Positions 49,631 through 60,256 of a stretch of 64,000 nt of DNA are shown here, piece by piece. This DNA comes from Chloroflexota bacterium (GTDB lineage Bacteria > Chloroflexota > Dehalococcoidia > UBA2979). The stretch covers positions 1-64,000 of the forward strand of contig JAQCIU010000011.1 of assembly GCA_027593235.1 (NCBI GenBank), in the 5' to 3' direction. The position numbers and the translations under genes are program-made. The stretch's first letter is position 1. Every line of letters starts with the position of its first letter. The notes under the pieces are model-generated. The model saw only the letters and a list, made by a program, of their open reading frames with translations, did not search any database and was not told the DNA's origin.

Positions 49631-49655
49631 ATTGTCGACCAAAATACTCGTGAAT
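49631..49655. promoter_or_regulatory. Rrf2 (IscR type-1 / CymR-like) operator candidate
   Basis: ATTGTCGACCAAAATACTCGTGAAT, an AT-rich 25-bp imperfect dyad upstream of the organosulfur cassette. Confidence 0.5.
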
Positions 49656-49818
49656 ATCGCGGCATCTGTCAATCTGCCCGTCGGCCCCGGCCCTGGAGGC
49701 GTCGCGGGGACTGCGGCGTAGCGGGCACGGCGAGTCGCGCGGAGGCGGTGCTACGTGCGTTATTTCGTCGTCTGCGGCTGCCGGCTGGAGGACGCACAGG
49801 CAGCTGCGGACGCGCATC

Positions 49819-50997
49819 ATGGGCCACATGGAATACGGGGAGAGTGTCGTGACCGCGGACGAATCGGACGCGCCGCCTGCCACGCCTTCGGCGATCGACC
49901 CGGATCGGGTCGTCGTGCGGCTGGCACGCGATGATGACTACCAGCGCATCGCCGATCACCTGGTGCTGTGTTTCGGGCAGTGGCCGTCGTTCGAGATTGC
50001 CTGTCCGGTCGTTGATCACGTGATCTGGAAAATGAACTCGAACCCGCGCGCCCGCTCCGAACAGATCATGGGCGTGCTGGACGACGATGATCGGTTCATC
50101 GTGTCGCTGGCGATCCGCGTGCGACGAGCGGTCTGGGTGCGTGGCCGCGAACTGGCCGCGATCGATCCGAGCGATTCCGCGGTGCACCCGGACTGGCGAC
50201 GGATGCGCGTCGATTCGAAGCGTCGAGGGCTGCGCGAAGCGTTGGGGCACCACCTCTGGGACATGTCCCTGTCCTGGCTGCCGCAGCATCCGGCGACGCG
50301 TAAAGAGAGCCTCACGCGACCGACGCTGGGCAACCGCGTACTGGTGTTCTGGAAGCCGGCGAACGTGCGCAATCTGGTGTCCGTGCAGTATCGCACGGCG
50401 GGACCGAAGCACGCGGCGCGCGTGGCGCTCACCGCATTACGGGCGTCGCTCGGCCGTCTGCCCAGCCGCTTGGGGGGCCGCGCAGCGGCGTCCTTCCGTG
50501 CCGAGATGGTGGACCTCGAGCGGTTCGATGATCGGACGGACGCGCTCTGGGAGGCGGCCAAGGCGCAGTTCGACTTCGCCGTGATCCGGACGCAGGACTA
50601 CCTGAACTGGCGCTACGCCGATCCGCGCTCGGGGCGCTGCGAGCTGCGCGCGGCCCTCGAGGATGGCGAGCTGATCGGCTACAGCGTCACCAAGCCGTAC
50701 GCGAATCCGGCGGAGATCGTCGATCTCCTCGTGCGACCGGGACGCCTCGATGCGGTTGCGGCGCTGGTAGGCGATGCCGTCGCGCGCGTGGAGCGCGAGG
50801 GTTCGCGCGACATCCACTGCTGGCTCCCGCAGCACCACCCGTACGTGGGCACGGTGCGAAGCCTCGGGTTCCTCGATTCCGGGCGCGATCCCAGCGTGCG
50901 CTACCGCGCCGGGCAGATTGACCCGGAGGAGCTGGCGTTCCTGCAGGAGCCGCTGGCCGCGGTGCACATGACGCAGGGCGATTCCGACTTCGTGTGA
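49819..50997 (+). CDS. Double-GNAT-like protein, paralog 1
   Basis: DH..WK, VHPDWR, ERFDDRTD, RTQDYLNWRYADP, C-terminal GDSDFV. Confidence 0.8.
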   Translation: MGHMEYGESVVTADESDAPPATPSAIDPDRVVVRLARDDDYQRIADHLVLCFGQWPSFEIACPVVDHVIWKMNSNPRARSEQIMGVLDDDDRFIVSLAIRVRRAVWVRGRELAAIDPSDSAVHPDWRRMRVDSKRRGLREALGHHLWDMSLSWLPQHPATRKESLTRPTLGNRVLVFWKPANVRNLVSVQYRTAGPKHAARVALTALRASLGRLPSRLGGRAAASFRAEMVDLERFDDRTDALWEAAKAQFDFAVIRTQDYLNWRYADPRSGRCELRAALEDGELIGYSVTKPYANPAEIVDLLVRPGRLDAVAALVGDAVARVEREGSRDIHCWLPQHHPYVGTVRSLGFLDSGRDPSVRYRAGQIDPEELAFLQEPLAAVHMTQGDSDFV

Positions 50998-51083
50998 CGC
51001 GCCTGACAGCACACGGACGCGGTGCCTCCCGGCAGTCTCCCGCCTTCATGGGATGATGCGTACGCGGACTGCCGGGAGGCGCC

Positions 51084-52229
51084 ATGCCAGCCGCCGAGGA
51101 AGAGATCGTTCCGCCCGATCCGTCGTCGATCGTGCGGCCGCCGGGGATTGAGCCGGATCGCGTCATCGTGCGAATGGCGACCGACAGGGATTACGAGGCG
51201 ATCGCCGCCCATCTGCAACGCTGCTTCGACGACGGTTGGCCGTCGTTCGATCTGAACTGTCCGGTTGCCGATCACGTGGCATGGAAGATGCATTCCGACC
51301 CGGAGTCTGCCTCGCAGCAGACCGTCGCGACGTTGGTCGATGACGATCAGTTCGTCGTGTCGATGACGATCTGGGTGCGCCGTCCACTCTGGTTTCGTGG
51401 CGAACAGCGGGTGGTGCTGGACGTCTGCGACATCTCCGTCCACCCGGACTGGCGGCTGATCAAGATCAACCAGAAGCGGCGCGAATTTCAGACCGAGCGC
51501 AACTTCGAGACACAGGACATGCAGATGTCCTGGCTGGCGAATCACCCTGCGACACGCCGCTCCGGTCTGCGCCAACCGACGCTGGGCAACCGCGTGATCG
51601 TGCTCTGGAAGCCCGGCTCACTCCGCAAGCTCCTGCTGGTTCCCTACCGCGTGGTCGGCTGGCGCCGCTCGCTTGAGGTGGCACGCGAGGAGTTGTTGAG
51701 GCGATTTCGTCGGTCGAAGCCACCGGTGTTCGCTGGTCGGGTCGTGCCGCTCGAACGCTTCGATGATCGGACCGACGCGGTCTGGGAAGCGGCGAAGTCG
51801 CAGTTCGATCTCGCTGTCGCGCGGACGCAGGACTACCTCAACTGGCGTTACGCCGATCCTCGCGCCGGGCGCTTCGAGCTACGTGCCGCGGTTGAGGGTG
51901 ACGAGGTGATTGGCTACAGCGTGCTCAAGCCGTGGGCCGATCCCGCGGAGGTGATTGACCTGCTGGTGCGACCCGGGCGCCTGGATGCCGTGGCGGCGTT
52001 GATGCGCGATGCCTCAGCGCAGGTGCGCCAGGATGGCGTCGATCTGCACTGCTGGCTGCCAGGGCATCACCCGTACGTCGAGACGGTGCGCGCCCTCGGG
52101 TTCCACGACTCGGGCCGCGACCCGAGCGTGCGCTACGTCCCCGCGAAGATCACGCTCGAGGAACTGGCGTTCCTCGAGGATGCCGACGCGCGGGTGCACA
52201 TCACCGAGGGCGATTCTGATTTTGTGTAG
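51084..52229 (+). CDS. Double-GNAT-like protein, paralog 2
   Basis: Same motif series as 49819..50997; GGGAGG RBS. Confidence 0.8.
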   Translation: MPAAEEEIVPPDPSSIVRPPGIEPDRVIVRMATDRDYEAIAAHLQRCFDDGWPSFDLNCPVADHVAWKMHSDPESASQQTVATLVDDDQFVVSMTIWVRRPLWFRGEQRVVLDVCDISVHPDWRLIKINQKRREFQTERNFETQDMQMSWLANHPATRRSGLRQPTLGNRVIVLWKPGSLRKLLLVPYRVVGWRRSLEVAREELLRRFRRSKPPVFAGRVVPLERFDDRTDAVWEAAKSQFDLAVARTQDYLNWRYADPRAGRFELRAAVEGDEVIGYSVLKPWADPAEVIDLLVRPGRLDAVAALMRDASAQVRQDGVDLHCWLPGHHPYVETVRALGFHDSGRDPSVRYVPAKITLEELAFLEDADARVHITEGDSDFV

Positions 52230-52345
52230 ACGGTTCGGGTACCCGACGAGTTTCTAGACTGACCTGGTTCGAATCGGCCTCACCGCCCGCGAGCTGACTG
52301 TTCGCGAAACGGCGTCGCTGGCCGATGCGCGCAGCAGGGCAGGCC

Positions 52346-53486
52346 GTGACTTCCGAAGAAGTGATCGTTCCTCCGGATCCATCGTTAATCGCCCGCCCGG
52401 CCGGTGTGGAGGCCGATCGCGCCGTTGCGCGGCTGATGCGCGATGACGACGTGCCGAGGCTCGTCGAGCACCTGCTCCGTTGTTTCGATGAGTGGCCTCC
52501 CTTCGCGGTGGATTGTTCGTTGGAGGACCACATCCGCTGGAAGATGCACGCCGATGACGAGTCGCGCGCCCGCCAAACCGTGGCAACTCCCCTGGACGAC
52601 GACCGGGAGATCATCTCGTCGGCGTTTCAGATCCGACGGCTCTGTTGGATGCAGGGTGAGGAGCGTGTCTCCGCCGACGCGGCGGATCAGGCAGTGCATC
52701 CCGACTGGCGGCAGCTACGGGTCAACGACAAACGTCACGCGCTGCGCCGCGAGCTGGGTCTTGAGAATCACGAGTTCCTGATCTCCTGGTTGCCGAATCA
52801 CCCGGCGACCCGACGGGCCGGCCTCCGCAATCCGATCCTCGGCAACCGCGTAATTGTGCTGTGGCGTCCGGGTTCGCTGCGGTCGCTACTGGCCGTGCCG
52901 GTTCGCCTGGCAGGTCGTCCGGAGCTGGGCGCACCAGCGGTGGTCGCGACTGGTGCAACGAGGCTCGGACGCGGCGTTCGCCGGGCAGGTGATCGACCTT
53001 GAACGATTCGATGAACGGACGGACGTGGTCTGGGACGCAGCGACGACGGAGTTCGACTTCGCGATCGTGCGACGGCACGCGTACCTGAACTGGCGCTACG
53101 CGGATCCTCGCGCGGGACGCTTCGTGATCCGCGCCGCGATCGAGGATGGCGAGGTCGTGGGGTACTGCGTGACGAAGCCGTACGCGAACCCGGCGGAGAT
53201 CATGGACGTACTGGTCCGACCGGGTCGCCTGGACGCAGTCGCAGCGCTCGTGCGGGATGCGCTGCGGCTCGTCGATGAGCGCGGAACCGGCTCACCTGAT
53301 GTCCACTGCTGGCTCCCCCAGACGCACCCGTATCAGGCGGCGGTGCGCGCGCTGGGCTTCCTGGACTCTGGCCGCGATCCGAGCATGCGCTACTCGCCGG
53401 CGCTGATGTCCGAGGACGAACTGGCATTCCTCGGCGATCCGGCGACGCGCGTACACGCCACGCTGGGTGACACTGACTTCAGCTAG
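52346..53486 (+). pseudogene. Double-GNAT-like protein, paralog 3, frameshifted near 52900
   Basis: N-half in ORF 52325..53002 (to LLAVP), C-half in ORF 52854..53486 (FAGQVIDLERFDERTD...GDTDFS). Confidence 0.8.
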
Positions 53487-53506
53487 CGGGGACTTCAGCT
53501 AGCGGG
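53475..53506 (+). repeat. Perfect 16-bp tandem duplication spanning the stop codon
   Basis: GACTTCAGCTAGCGGG x2. Confidence 0.9.
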
Positions 53507-53511
53507 TGCCG

Positions 53512-54426
53512 CTAGATCGGACCGCTGGAGGTGTCGCAGGCCTCGAGGGTGCCGAACTCGTAGCCGACGAGGAACCAGTCCTGGCGCTGGCGTGAGCTGC
53601 CGTGAGTCCAGGTCTCCGGGTTGACGCGGCCCTGGAATTGTTCCTGGATGCGATCGTCACCGACGGCAGCGGCGGCGTTCAGTCCATCGCGGATATCCGC
53701 GTCCGTCAGCACCTCGATAAAGCCGGTCTCGACGGCGTGGTTCGCCCAGACGCCGGCGAGGCAATCGGCCTGTAACTCGGAGCGGACGGCGGCGCTGTCC
53801 TCCCCCTGGCGATCGCCGCCGATTTGATCGAGCACGCCGAGCAGGTTCTGCACGTGGTGCCCGTACTCGTGGGCGATGATGTAGGCCTGCGCGAACGGTC
53901 CGCCGCTCGCACCGAAGCGGGTCCGCAGGTCATCGAAGAAGCCGAGGTCGATGAAGATCTGTTCGTCGGGCGGGCAGTAGAACGGACCGCTGGATGAGCT
54001 GGCGGCGCCGCAACCGGTGACGGTCTGGCCGGTGAAGAACTGGGTTCGCGCCAGCGGGTAGGGCTGACCACGGCGCTGGAACTCGTTCTCCCACCACGTC
54101 TGGACGCTGTTGACCACGGCGACGATCCGGCAGTCATCGCGTTCGTTCGCGTCGGCTCCGGTCACGCAGTCCTGTGCGAGCGTCGAGGGCGTGTCCGCGC
54201 TGCTGCCGACGCTCTCGCCGAGCAGCGATCCCAGGTCGCCATTCGATCCGAGTCTCTCAAGGCCCTCGATGCCTTCGCCGCCGCCAAGGACGGTGACGAT
54301 GAGGAGGATCACGGCAATCAAGCCGCCGCCGGCGCCGGCTGCGGCGACGCCGCCACCGCGCACGCGGCGACCGCGCTGGTCGTCGATCTGCGAGGTGTCG
54401 AGGCGCGCGCTGCGCTTGAATCGCAT
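53512..54426 (-). CDS. Neutral zinc metallopeptidase (YpfJ-like)
   Basis: [29 protein letters not shown] motifs. Confidence 0.92.
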   Translation of the reverse strand: MRFKRSARLDTSQIDDQRGRRVRGGGVAAAGAGGGLIAVILLIVTVLGGGEGIEGLERLGSNGDLGSLLGESVGSSADTPSTLAQDCVTGADANERDDCRIVAVVNSVQTWWENEFQRRGQPYPLARTQFFTGQTVTGCGAASSSSGPFYCPPDEQIFIDLGFFDDLRTRFGASGGPFAQAYIIAHEYGHHVQNLLGVLDQIGGDRQGEDSAAVRSELQADCLAGVWANHAVETGFIEVLTDADIRDGLNAAAAVGDDRIQEQFQGRVNPETWTHGSSRQRQDWFLVGYEFGTLEACDTSSGPI

Positions 54427-54605
54427 GACAGGTCCGAGCTGCGAGTGGGTGCGGGCGCTCAGTGTACGGGTTCCCGCCATGCCGGCCCGCGGAGCACGAG
54501 GGCTGGTTGGCTCGGCGGGTCCGCGGGCGCGGGCCGGGACGTGCAGACAGCCGCCGGGAGACCGGCGGCTGTCTGTTGTACTCAAACGCGGGAGCGCGGC
54601 GGTCG

Positions 54606-56750
54606 CTAGGCGACGGCCTTCAGGCGCGGACCAGCGTTGTCGTCCGAATCCGCCTTGGCATCACGGAGACGGAACCGGTTCACCTGGGAACGGAGTTCGT
54701 CGGCAAGTTCGCCGAGGCTCTCCGCACCGTTGGCAACCTGCTCCACCTGAGCCGCGACCTCCTGCGAGCTAGCCGAGACCTCCTCGGTGGCGGCCGAGTT
54801 TTCCTCGGCGACGGCGGCGATCTGCTCGGCCGACTCCCCGGCCGCGCGGCCGACAGCCTTGAGGTCGTCGATCAGCGTCAGCATGTCATCGCTGGCAGCC
54901 TTCACGACCGTGGAGCGGGTGGCGATCTCCGAGATCTGACCGCTGGCGCTTTCGACAGCGGAGAGGATCTGGCTGAGCGCATCCGCTGTTTCGGCGGCGG
55001 CCAGCGTGCCGGTCTCCATCTCCGAAGAGCCCGCCGTGATGGCGTCCACGGTCGCGTGAACGCCACCCTGCACGCCGTCGATCAGCGAGGCGATCTCCTG
55101 CGTGGCCTTTGAGACTCGTTCCGCGAGCTGGCGGACCTCGTCAGCGACGACCGCGAACCCGCGGCCCTGCTCGCCGGCACGTGCGGCCTCGATCGCCGCG
55201 TTGAGGGCCAGCAGGTTGGTCTGCGCGGCGATGTCCTCGATGACGGCGACAATCTTGCCGATCTCCGCGGACTGCTCGCCCAGCGAGGCGACCTCCTTGG
55301 AGGCCACGTCCATGGCATCGCGGATCCGGTCGATGCCGTCGACCGTGTTCTGCATCTTTTCCGAACCCGTACGCGCCGCAGTCGACGCGTCCTGGGCACG
55401 GGCGGATGCCTCGGCGGCGCCCTGCGCGACCTGATCGGCCGCGTTCGCAACGTCGGTGCGCGCCTTCTCTTCCAGCGTCTCCGCCGCAAGGTTCAGCTTC
55501 TCGACCGCGACGCTGAGGTCCTGCACGGCCTCGGCTTGCTGGCTGGTGCCCTCCGCGACCTGCGCGGTCGTCTTGGCGGTCTCGGTGGTCGCGGCGGCGG
55601 ACTGCGTCGCGGCCTCGGACAGCTCGTCCTTCGCCGTGACCAGACGCATCACCGCTTCGGTCGTTCGACCGAGCACCTCGGAGAGGGTCTCGATCATGCC
55701 CTTGAAGGATCGCCCAAGCGCGTCGTTCTCGGACCGCTGGTTGATCTCGACGGTGAGATCGCCCTCGGCGATGCGAGCGGCGGCGGTTGCCGCCTCCTGC
55801 AGGTAGCCCTGCATCTCGACGAAGGCGTTGCCCAGCACGTCATTGTTGGAGCGTGGGTTCGTCTGCACGCTGACGTCGCCACGGGAAACGGCGGTCGCGA
55901 CCTGGGCCATCTCTCGAAGGTAGGTCTGCATGCTGGCGTAGGACTTCGCCATGTCGCCGATCTCGTCGTTGGTGTTCACTTCGACTGTCGCGTCAAGCTC
56001 ACCGACGGCGATGCGCGACAGGCCGTTGGAGACCTGCGAGACGCCACTCGAGATGCTCCGGGCGAGGTACACGCCGACAGCGAGGCCGATCGCAACGACG
56101 GCGACGATGATGACCAGCGTCAGGTTCCGTGCGGTGCTGTAGGTGCTCGCGGCACTCTCAGCCGAGTGCGCGGCGTCAGCCTCGAACAGGTGGCGCAACT
56201 CCACGATTTCGGTGATCGCGAGGGCGAATGCCGCTTCGCCTTCACCGCCGAGGACCGCTTCGCCGGCCTCGAACGAGTGGTGCTCGGCTTCGAGGGCCTG
56301 GATCTCTGCGACCTCGACCATGTAGAGCGCCCAGTTGTGCTGGATCTCTTCGGCGAGGACAAGCGACTCACCTGACAGGTGGCCGTTGGTGATCAGCTCC
56401 TCGATCAGGAGCGTGACGTCGGCGGCCTCGAGCGCTGCTGCCTCAAGGAGGTGGGTCGCTTCCGTCGAGAGCTCGGCAGACAGGGCCGGGTGCTCGGACG
56501 AAGCGATCTCTGACATCTGGGTGGCGAGCACGCCCTTGCTCAGTTCAATCTGAACGGTGAGCGCCTCTTCCTCGATGGTTGAAACGGCAACGATCGATTC
56601 GAGGTCTTCCTCGTAGATGCGCTGAGCACCCGCGTCGATGGAGGCGAGGCGTGAGATGCTCACGTAGCCCAACACCGCGACTAACAGAATCACGACGCCG
56701 AAGCCGCCGAGCAGCTTTGCGGCGATGGGGATTCGCTTACTTGCCAGCAT
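54606..56750 (-). CDS. Methyl-accepting chemotaxis protein (4HB sensor, HAMP domains)
   Basis: Two TM helices, HAMP repeats, [34 protein letters not shown]. Confidence 0.96.
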   Translation of the reverse strand: MLASKRIPIAAKLLGGFGVVILLVAVLGYVSISRLASIDAGAQRIYEEDLESIVAVSTIEEEALTVQIELSKGVLATQMSEIASSEHPALSAELSTEATHLLEAAALEAADVTLLIEELITNGHLSGESLVLAEEIQHNWALYMVEVAEIQALEAEHHSFEAGEAVLGGEGEAAFALAITEIVELRHLFEADAAHSAESAASTYSTARNLTLVIIVAVVAIGLAVGVYLARSISSGVSQVSNGLSRIAVGELDATVEVNTNDEIGDMAKSYASMQTYLREMAQVATAVSRGDVSVQTNPRSNNDVLGNAFVEMQGYLQEAATAAARIAEGDLTVEINQRSENDALGRSFKGMIETLSEVLGRTTEAVMRLVTAKDELSEAATQSAAATTETAKTTAQVAEGTSQQAEAVQDLSVAVEKLNLAAETLEEKARTDVANAADQVAQGAAEASARAQDASTAARTGSEKMQNTVDGIDRIRDAMDVASKEVASLGEQSAEIGKIVAVIEDIAAQTNLLALNAAIEAARAGEQGRGFAVVADEVRQLAERVSKATQEIASLIDGVQGGVHATVDAITAGSSEMETGTLAAAETADALSQILSAVESASGQISEIATRSTVVKAASDDMLTLIDDLKAVGRAAGESAEQIAAVAEENSAATEEVSASSQEVAAQVEQVANGAESLGELADELRSQVNRFRLRDAKADSDDNAGPRLKAVA

Positions 56751-56942
56751 GTGAACGTTCCTCTGTGGTGTTCCCGCGCCCCCGCGGGTGCGCTCTCTCA
56801 GATCCATTGACGGCTCGCGCTCTCGCGCTCTTCGGGTTGCTGAGTTTGCGGCCAGCATTCTGGAGGGCCTCACCAGCCCCGCAGCATCTGGGCGGCCTGG
56901 CTGTTCGGCGTCCGCACCTTTCGTCCCGTGCTTCTACTGTCA

Positions 56943-56958
56943 TGTGACATTGGTCACT
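56943..56958. promoter_or_regulatory. CRP/FNR-family box
   Basis: TGTGA-CATTGG-TCACT, 9/10 match to TGTGA-N6-TCACA, about 190 nt upstream of the MCP gene. Confidence 0.55.
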
Positions 56959-57400
56959 TCGAGTCCGGGACCCCCCCAATGAGTGGCCCTCGGTTACCGA
57001 GTCATCAGCGACCCGTCAGCGCTGGGGCGGCAGGTGTGAGATAATCGGTTCGTCTGGCGGTCGCATGCCGCGAATCACAGCCGTGAACCGGATCCGGGCG
57101 TTCGGGTTTCGCCCACCCTCGCGCGTGCGGGCAGGCCTGTTACGATCAGTGCACGCACACCGGTGGAGGCCAGCGTTCGCAGACGCTTCCCGGTGACCAA
57201 CGCGACGCACGATTTCCCTCCCTGTAGGTGGACCCGCCTCGTCCAGCCTGCTCCGCGGCTCCCGTTGAGCGCGCGGGGGCTCGACGCTGCCAGGTTGGCC
57301 GCGACTATGCCCAGTGCGGCACGAGCGACCGTTCCTCGCCGATGCGAGGACCATCATTCACGGCGTCCCGCGAACGGCGGGACCACCTGTAGGAGTTAGC

Positions 57401-59125
57401 TTGACTAGCACGTTTGCCGACCTCGGGATCCCCGAGGGCCTGTCCCAGTTCCTTGGGGATCTGGGCTTCACGACCCCGTTTGATGTCCAGACCGCGACCA
57501 TCCCGGATGCCCTCGCGGGTCGCGATGTCGCGGCGCGCGCCCCCACCGGCTCCGGGAAGACCCTCGCCTTCGGTCTCCCGCTGCTGATGCGCGTAGAGAA
57601 CGCACGCCCAAGGCGCCCACGCGGCCTCGTGCTTGCACCGACGCGTGAACTCGCCGACCAAATCCAGCGCGAACTCGATCCGATTGCCCGCGCCGGCGGA
57701 CGCCGCGTGTCCGCCATCTACGGCGGCGTCGGCTATGACCCGCAGCGGCGCGCCCTCGCCCGCGGCGTCGACGTCATCGTCGCCTGCCCGGGCCGCCTCG
57801 CCGACCTGATCGAGCAAGGCGACCTGGACCTTGATGAGGTCCAGGTTGTCGTGATCGACGAGGCCGACCGCATGTCGGACATGGGCTTCCTGCCCGAGGT
57901 GAAGCGCTTGCTGAACCGCACCCCCAGCGACCGCCAGACATTGCTGTTCTCCGCGACCCTCGACGGCGACGTTGGCGTGCTCGCACGCGACTACCAGCGC
58001 GACCCGGTCCGCCACGAGATCGGCGATGGCCAGCCGAACGTCGAGGACATGCGCCACCTGTTCTGGCGCCTTGAGTCCTCCAGCCGCGTGGAGGTTGCCT
58101 CCGACCTGATCCAGGCCGCCGGCCCGACCATCGTCTTCGTGCGCACCCGACACGGCGCGGACCGCGTCGCGCAGCAGCTTGAGCGCACCGGCGCGACGGC
58201 CGCCGCGATTCACGGCTCACGCTCGCAGAACCAGCGCAACCGCGCGCTCAAGTCCTTCGCCGACGGCAAGGTCGAAGCGCTGGTCGCCACCGACGTCGCC
58301 GCGCGTGGCATCCACGTTGACGGGGTCGCCTGCGTGTTGCACTTCGACCCGCCGGTCGACGACAAGACCTACGTCCACCGTTCCGGCCGCACGGCGCGTG
58401 CCGGTGCTCAGGGCGTCGTTGTCTCGTTCATTGCGAACGACCAGCGCCGCGACGCGGACCGAATGATCCGCAACCTCCGCCTGGACGCCGACCTCAACAC
58501 CCCCGCACCGACCTCGATGCAGGCCGCGAAGGAGCGACTGGAAGCCGAGCCCGGCGACAGCTTCGCCGACCGGCAGCTTGAGGAACGCGACCGCGAGTCG
58601 CGCAGCAGCTACTCGGACAACGGCGGTTCCTCGAACCGCGCACCGCGCGGCCGAGGCCGCCCGGGCGCCGGCAACGGGAATGGCAGCGCGCCGAGGCGAG
58701 ATAGCGCCCCGCGCCGCGACAGCGCCCCGCGTCGTGACGGCCCACCGCGAGGTGACAGCGCCCCACGTCGTGACGGCCCATCGCGAGGCGACAGCGCCCC
58801 GCGTCGTGACGGCCCACCGCGAGGTGACAGCGCCCCGCGTCGTGATGGCCCACCGCGAAGCGACAGCGCCCCGCGTCGGGATGGCCCGCCGCGAGGCGAC
58901 AGTGCCCCGCGTCGTGATGGCCCGCCGCGAGGCGACAACGTCCCGTGGCGCGAGGGTGCCCCGCGGGGTGGCGGTACTCCTCGGAGCGCCGGTGCATCGC
59001 GAGATGGGGGCGGTCGCAACAACCGCAGTGGCGGTGAAGGCCGAAGCAACGACAGCCGCCGTACCGGTAGCCGCAGTACGGCCACCGCCCGACGCCCGAA
59101 GGGTTCGGTCGGCGGCCGCCGCTAA
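57401..59125 (+). CDS. DEAD-box RNA helicase with long disordered RD/RG-rich tail
   Basis: Q motif, PTGSGKT, PTREL, DEAD, SAT, ARGIH, HRSGRTAR; AGGAG RBS before TTG. Confidence 0.95.
   Translation: MTSTFADLGIPEGLSQFLGDLGFTTPFDVQTATIPDALAGRDVAARAPTGSGKTLAFGLPLLMRVENARPRRPRGLVLAPTRELADQIQRELDPIARAGGRRVSAIYGGVGYDPQRRALARGVDVIVACPGRLADLIEQGDLDLDEVQVVVIDEADRMSDMGFLPEVKRLLNRTPSDRQTLLFSATLDGDVGVLARDYQRDPVRHEIGDGQPNVEDMRHLFWRLESSSRVEVASDLIQAAGPTIVFVRTRHGADRVAQQLERTGATAAAIHGSRSQNQRNRALKSFADGKVEALVATDVAARGIHVDGVACVLHFDPPVDDKTYVHRSGRTARAGAQGVVVSFIANDQRRDADRMIRNLRLDADLNTPAPTSMQAAKERLEAEPGDSFADRQLEERDRESRSSYSDNGGSSNRAPRGRGRPGAGNGNGSAPRRDSAPRRDSAPRRDGPPRGDSAPRRDGPSRGDSAPRRDGPPRGDSAPRRDGPPRSDSAPRRDGPPRGDSAPRRDGPPRGDNVPWREGAPRGGGTPRSAGASRDGGGRNNRSGGEGRSNDSRRTGSRSTATARRPKGSVGGRR
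58718..58933 (+). repeat. Six 36-bp coding tandem repeats (DSAPRRDGPPRG)
   Basis: Unit approximates GACAGCGCCCCGCGTCGTGACGGCCCACCGCGAGGT; in frame within the helicase tail. Confidence 0.9.
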
Positions 59126-59148
59126 CGCACGTCCTCCGAACTGACACG

Positions 59149-59177
59149 CAACAGCGGCGCCATCGGCGCCGCTGTTG
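59149..59177. terminator. Hairpin between convergent genes (probably bidirectional terminator)
   Basis: CAACAGCGGCGCC-ATC-GGCGCCGCTGTTG, 13-bp perfect stem. Confidence 0.75.
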
Positions 59178-59209
59178 TGGTTAACGAGGGTGTGTGGGGC
59201 GGTGGTTGG

Positions 59210-60256
59210 CTAGCCGGCCTCGAGCGTGGGATCGGCGCTGACGCCGACGAGCGTCTTGCCGAAGTTCCGGCCAGCCATCATCGCCCGAAACGCGCTGGGC
59301 GCCTGCTCGAGGCCGGGCCACAGGTCTTCCTTGTACTGGATCTGGCCGCCCCGCAGCCACGCACCCATCTCGGTGAGGAACTGGTCGCCGTACTCGGGGA
59401 CGAACTTGCCGACCGACAGTCGTTGTGCCTCGACACCCTGGCGGGTGAAGGTCGCTTCGCCGCGCGCAAACCACGCGCCGATCGAGGAATCGAAGTCGTC
59501 ATTCCCGTACTCGGAGATCAGACCGCAGAGGCTGATGCGCGACTTCTGGTTGAGCACCGGCAGCACCGCATCGAACACCTTGCCGCCGACGCTCTCGAAG
59601 TAGACATCGACACCGTCGGGACATGCCGCCGCAAGGTCCGAGGCGAGACTCTCGCTGAGGTGGGACACGCACGCGTCGAACCCGAGGGTCTCCGTCACGA
59701 ACGTGCACTTCTCCGCGGCCCCGGCGATGCCTACGACCCGACAGCCGAGAAGCTTGGCGATCTGTCCGACAACCTGGCCGACGCCACCCGAGGCTGCCGA
59801 CACCACGACAGTCTCAGCGGCCTGCGGCGCGCACTGAATCACCAACCCGGAGTACGCGGTCAGCCCGAGCATTCCCAGCACGCCGACCGCCGTCGAAATC
59901 GGCGCGACCGACGGATCGAGATTCCTCGGGAACATGTAGTTGAACGCGGAGATGCCGTCGCCGGTCAGGCCGTATTCCTGCCAACCGTTGGTGTTGAACA
60001 CGAAGTCACCGGCCTCGTAGCCGGGCAGATTACTTTCGACCACCTGCGACACGGTCCGCCCGTGGCAGACCGCACCCAGCACGTCCGGGTCGCTCCGCCA
60101 GCGATTCCACTGATAGGGGTCGAGCGACAGGTAGATGGTGCGCGTGAGCATCTGGTTCGGCCCCGGCGTGGGGATCGGCGTCTGCAGGATGCTGAAGTTG
60201 TCATCCGCCGCGGTGCCGTCGCTGGGTCGGCTGGCGAGCAGGTACTGGATGTTCAT
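59210..60256 (-). CDS. NADP-dependent oxidoreductase (CurA/PTGR-like MDR)
   Basis: YLSLDPY, LGMLGLTAY, SAASGGVG, GVDVYFE.VGG, NFGK motifs. Confidence 0.9.
   Translation of the reverse strand: MNIQYLLASRPSDGTAADDNFSILQTPIPTPGPNQMLTRTIYLSLDPYQWNRWRSDPDVLGAVCHGRTVSQVVESNLPGYEAGDFVFNTNGWQEYGLTGDGISAFNYMFPRNLDPSVAPISTAVGVLGMLGLTAYSGLVIQCAPQAAETVVVSAASGGVGQVVGQIAKLLGCRVVGIAGAAEKCTFVTETLGFDACVSHLSESLASDLAAACPDGVDVYFESVGGKVFDAVLPVLNQKSRISLCGLISEYGNDDFDSSIGAWFARGEATFTRQGVEAQRLSVGKFVPEYGDQFLTEMGAWLRGGQIQYKEDLWPGLEQAPSAFRAMMAGRNFGKTLVGVSADPTLEAG

Noticed and set aside
56985-57020. Minus-strand CTGATGA followed by a hairpin (hammerhead or fluoride riboswitch-like)
   Set aside because: No GAAA after stem II, and no upstream GGCGATGG-type fluoride motif.
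57042-57069. Sigma28 promoter for the MCP (ACCGATTA on the minus strand)
   Set aside because: No TAAA-like -35 element at 15-16 nt spacing.
58686-58945. Regular 36-bp repeats resembling a CRISPR array
   Set aside because: Units are contiguous with no unique spacers, lie in frame inside the helicase, and no cas genes are present.
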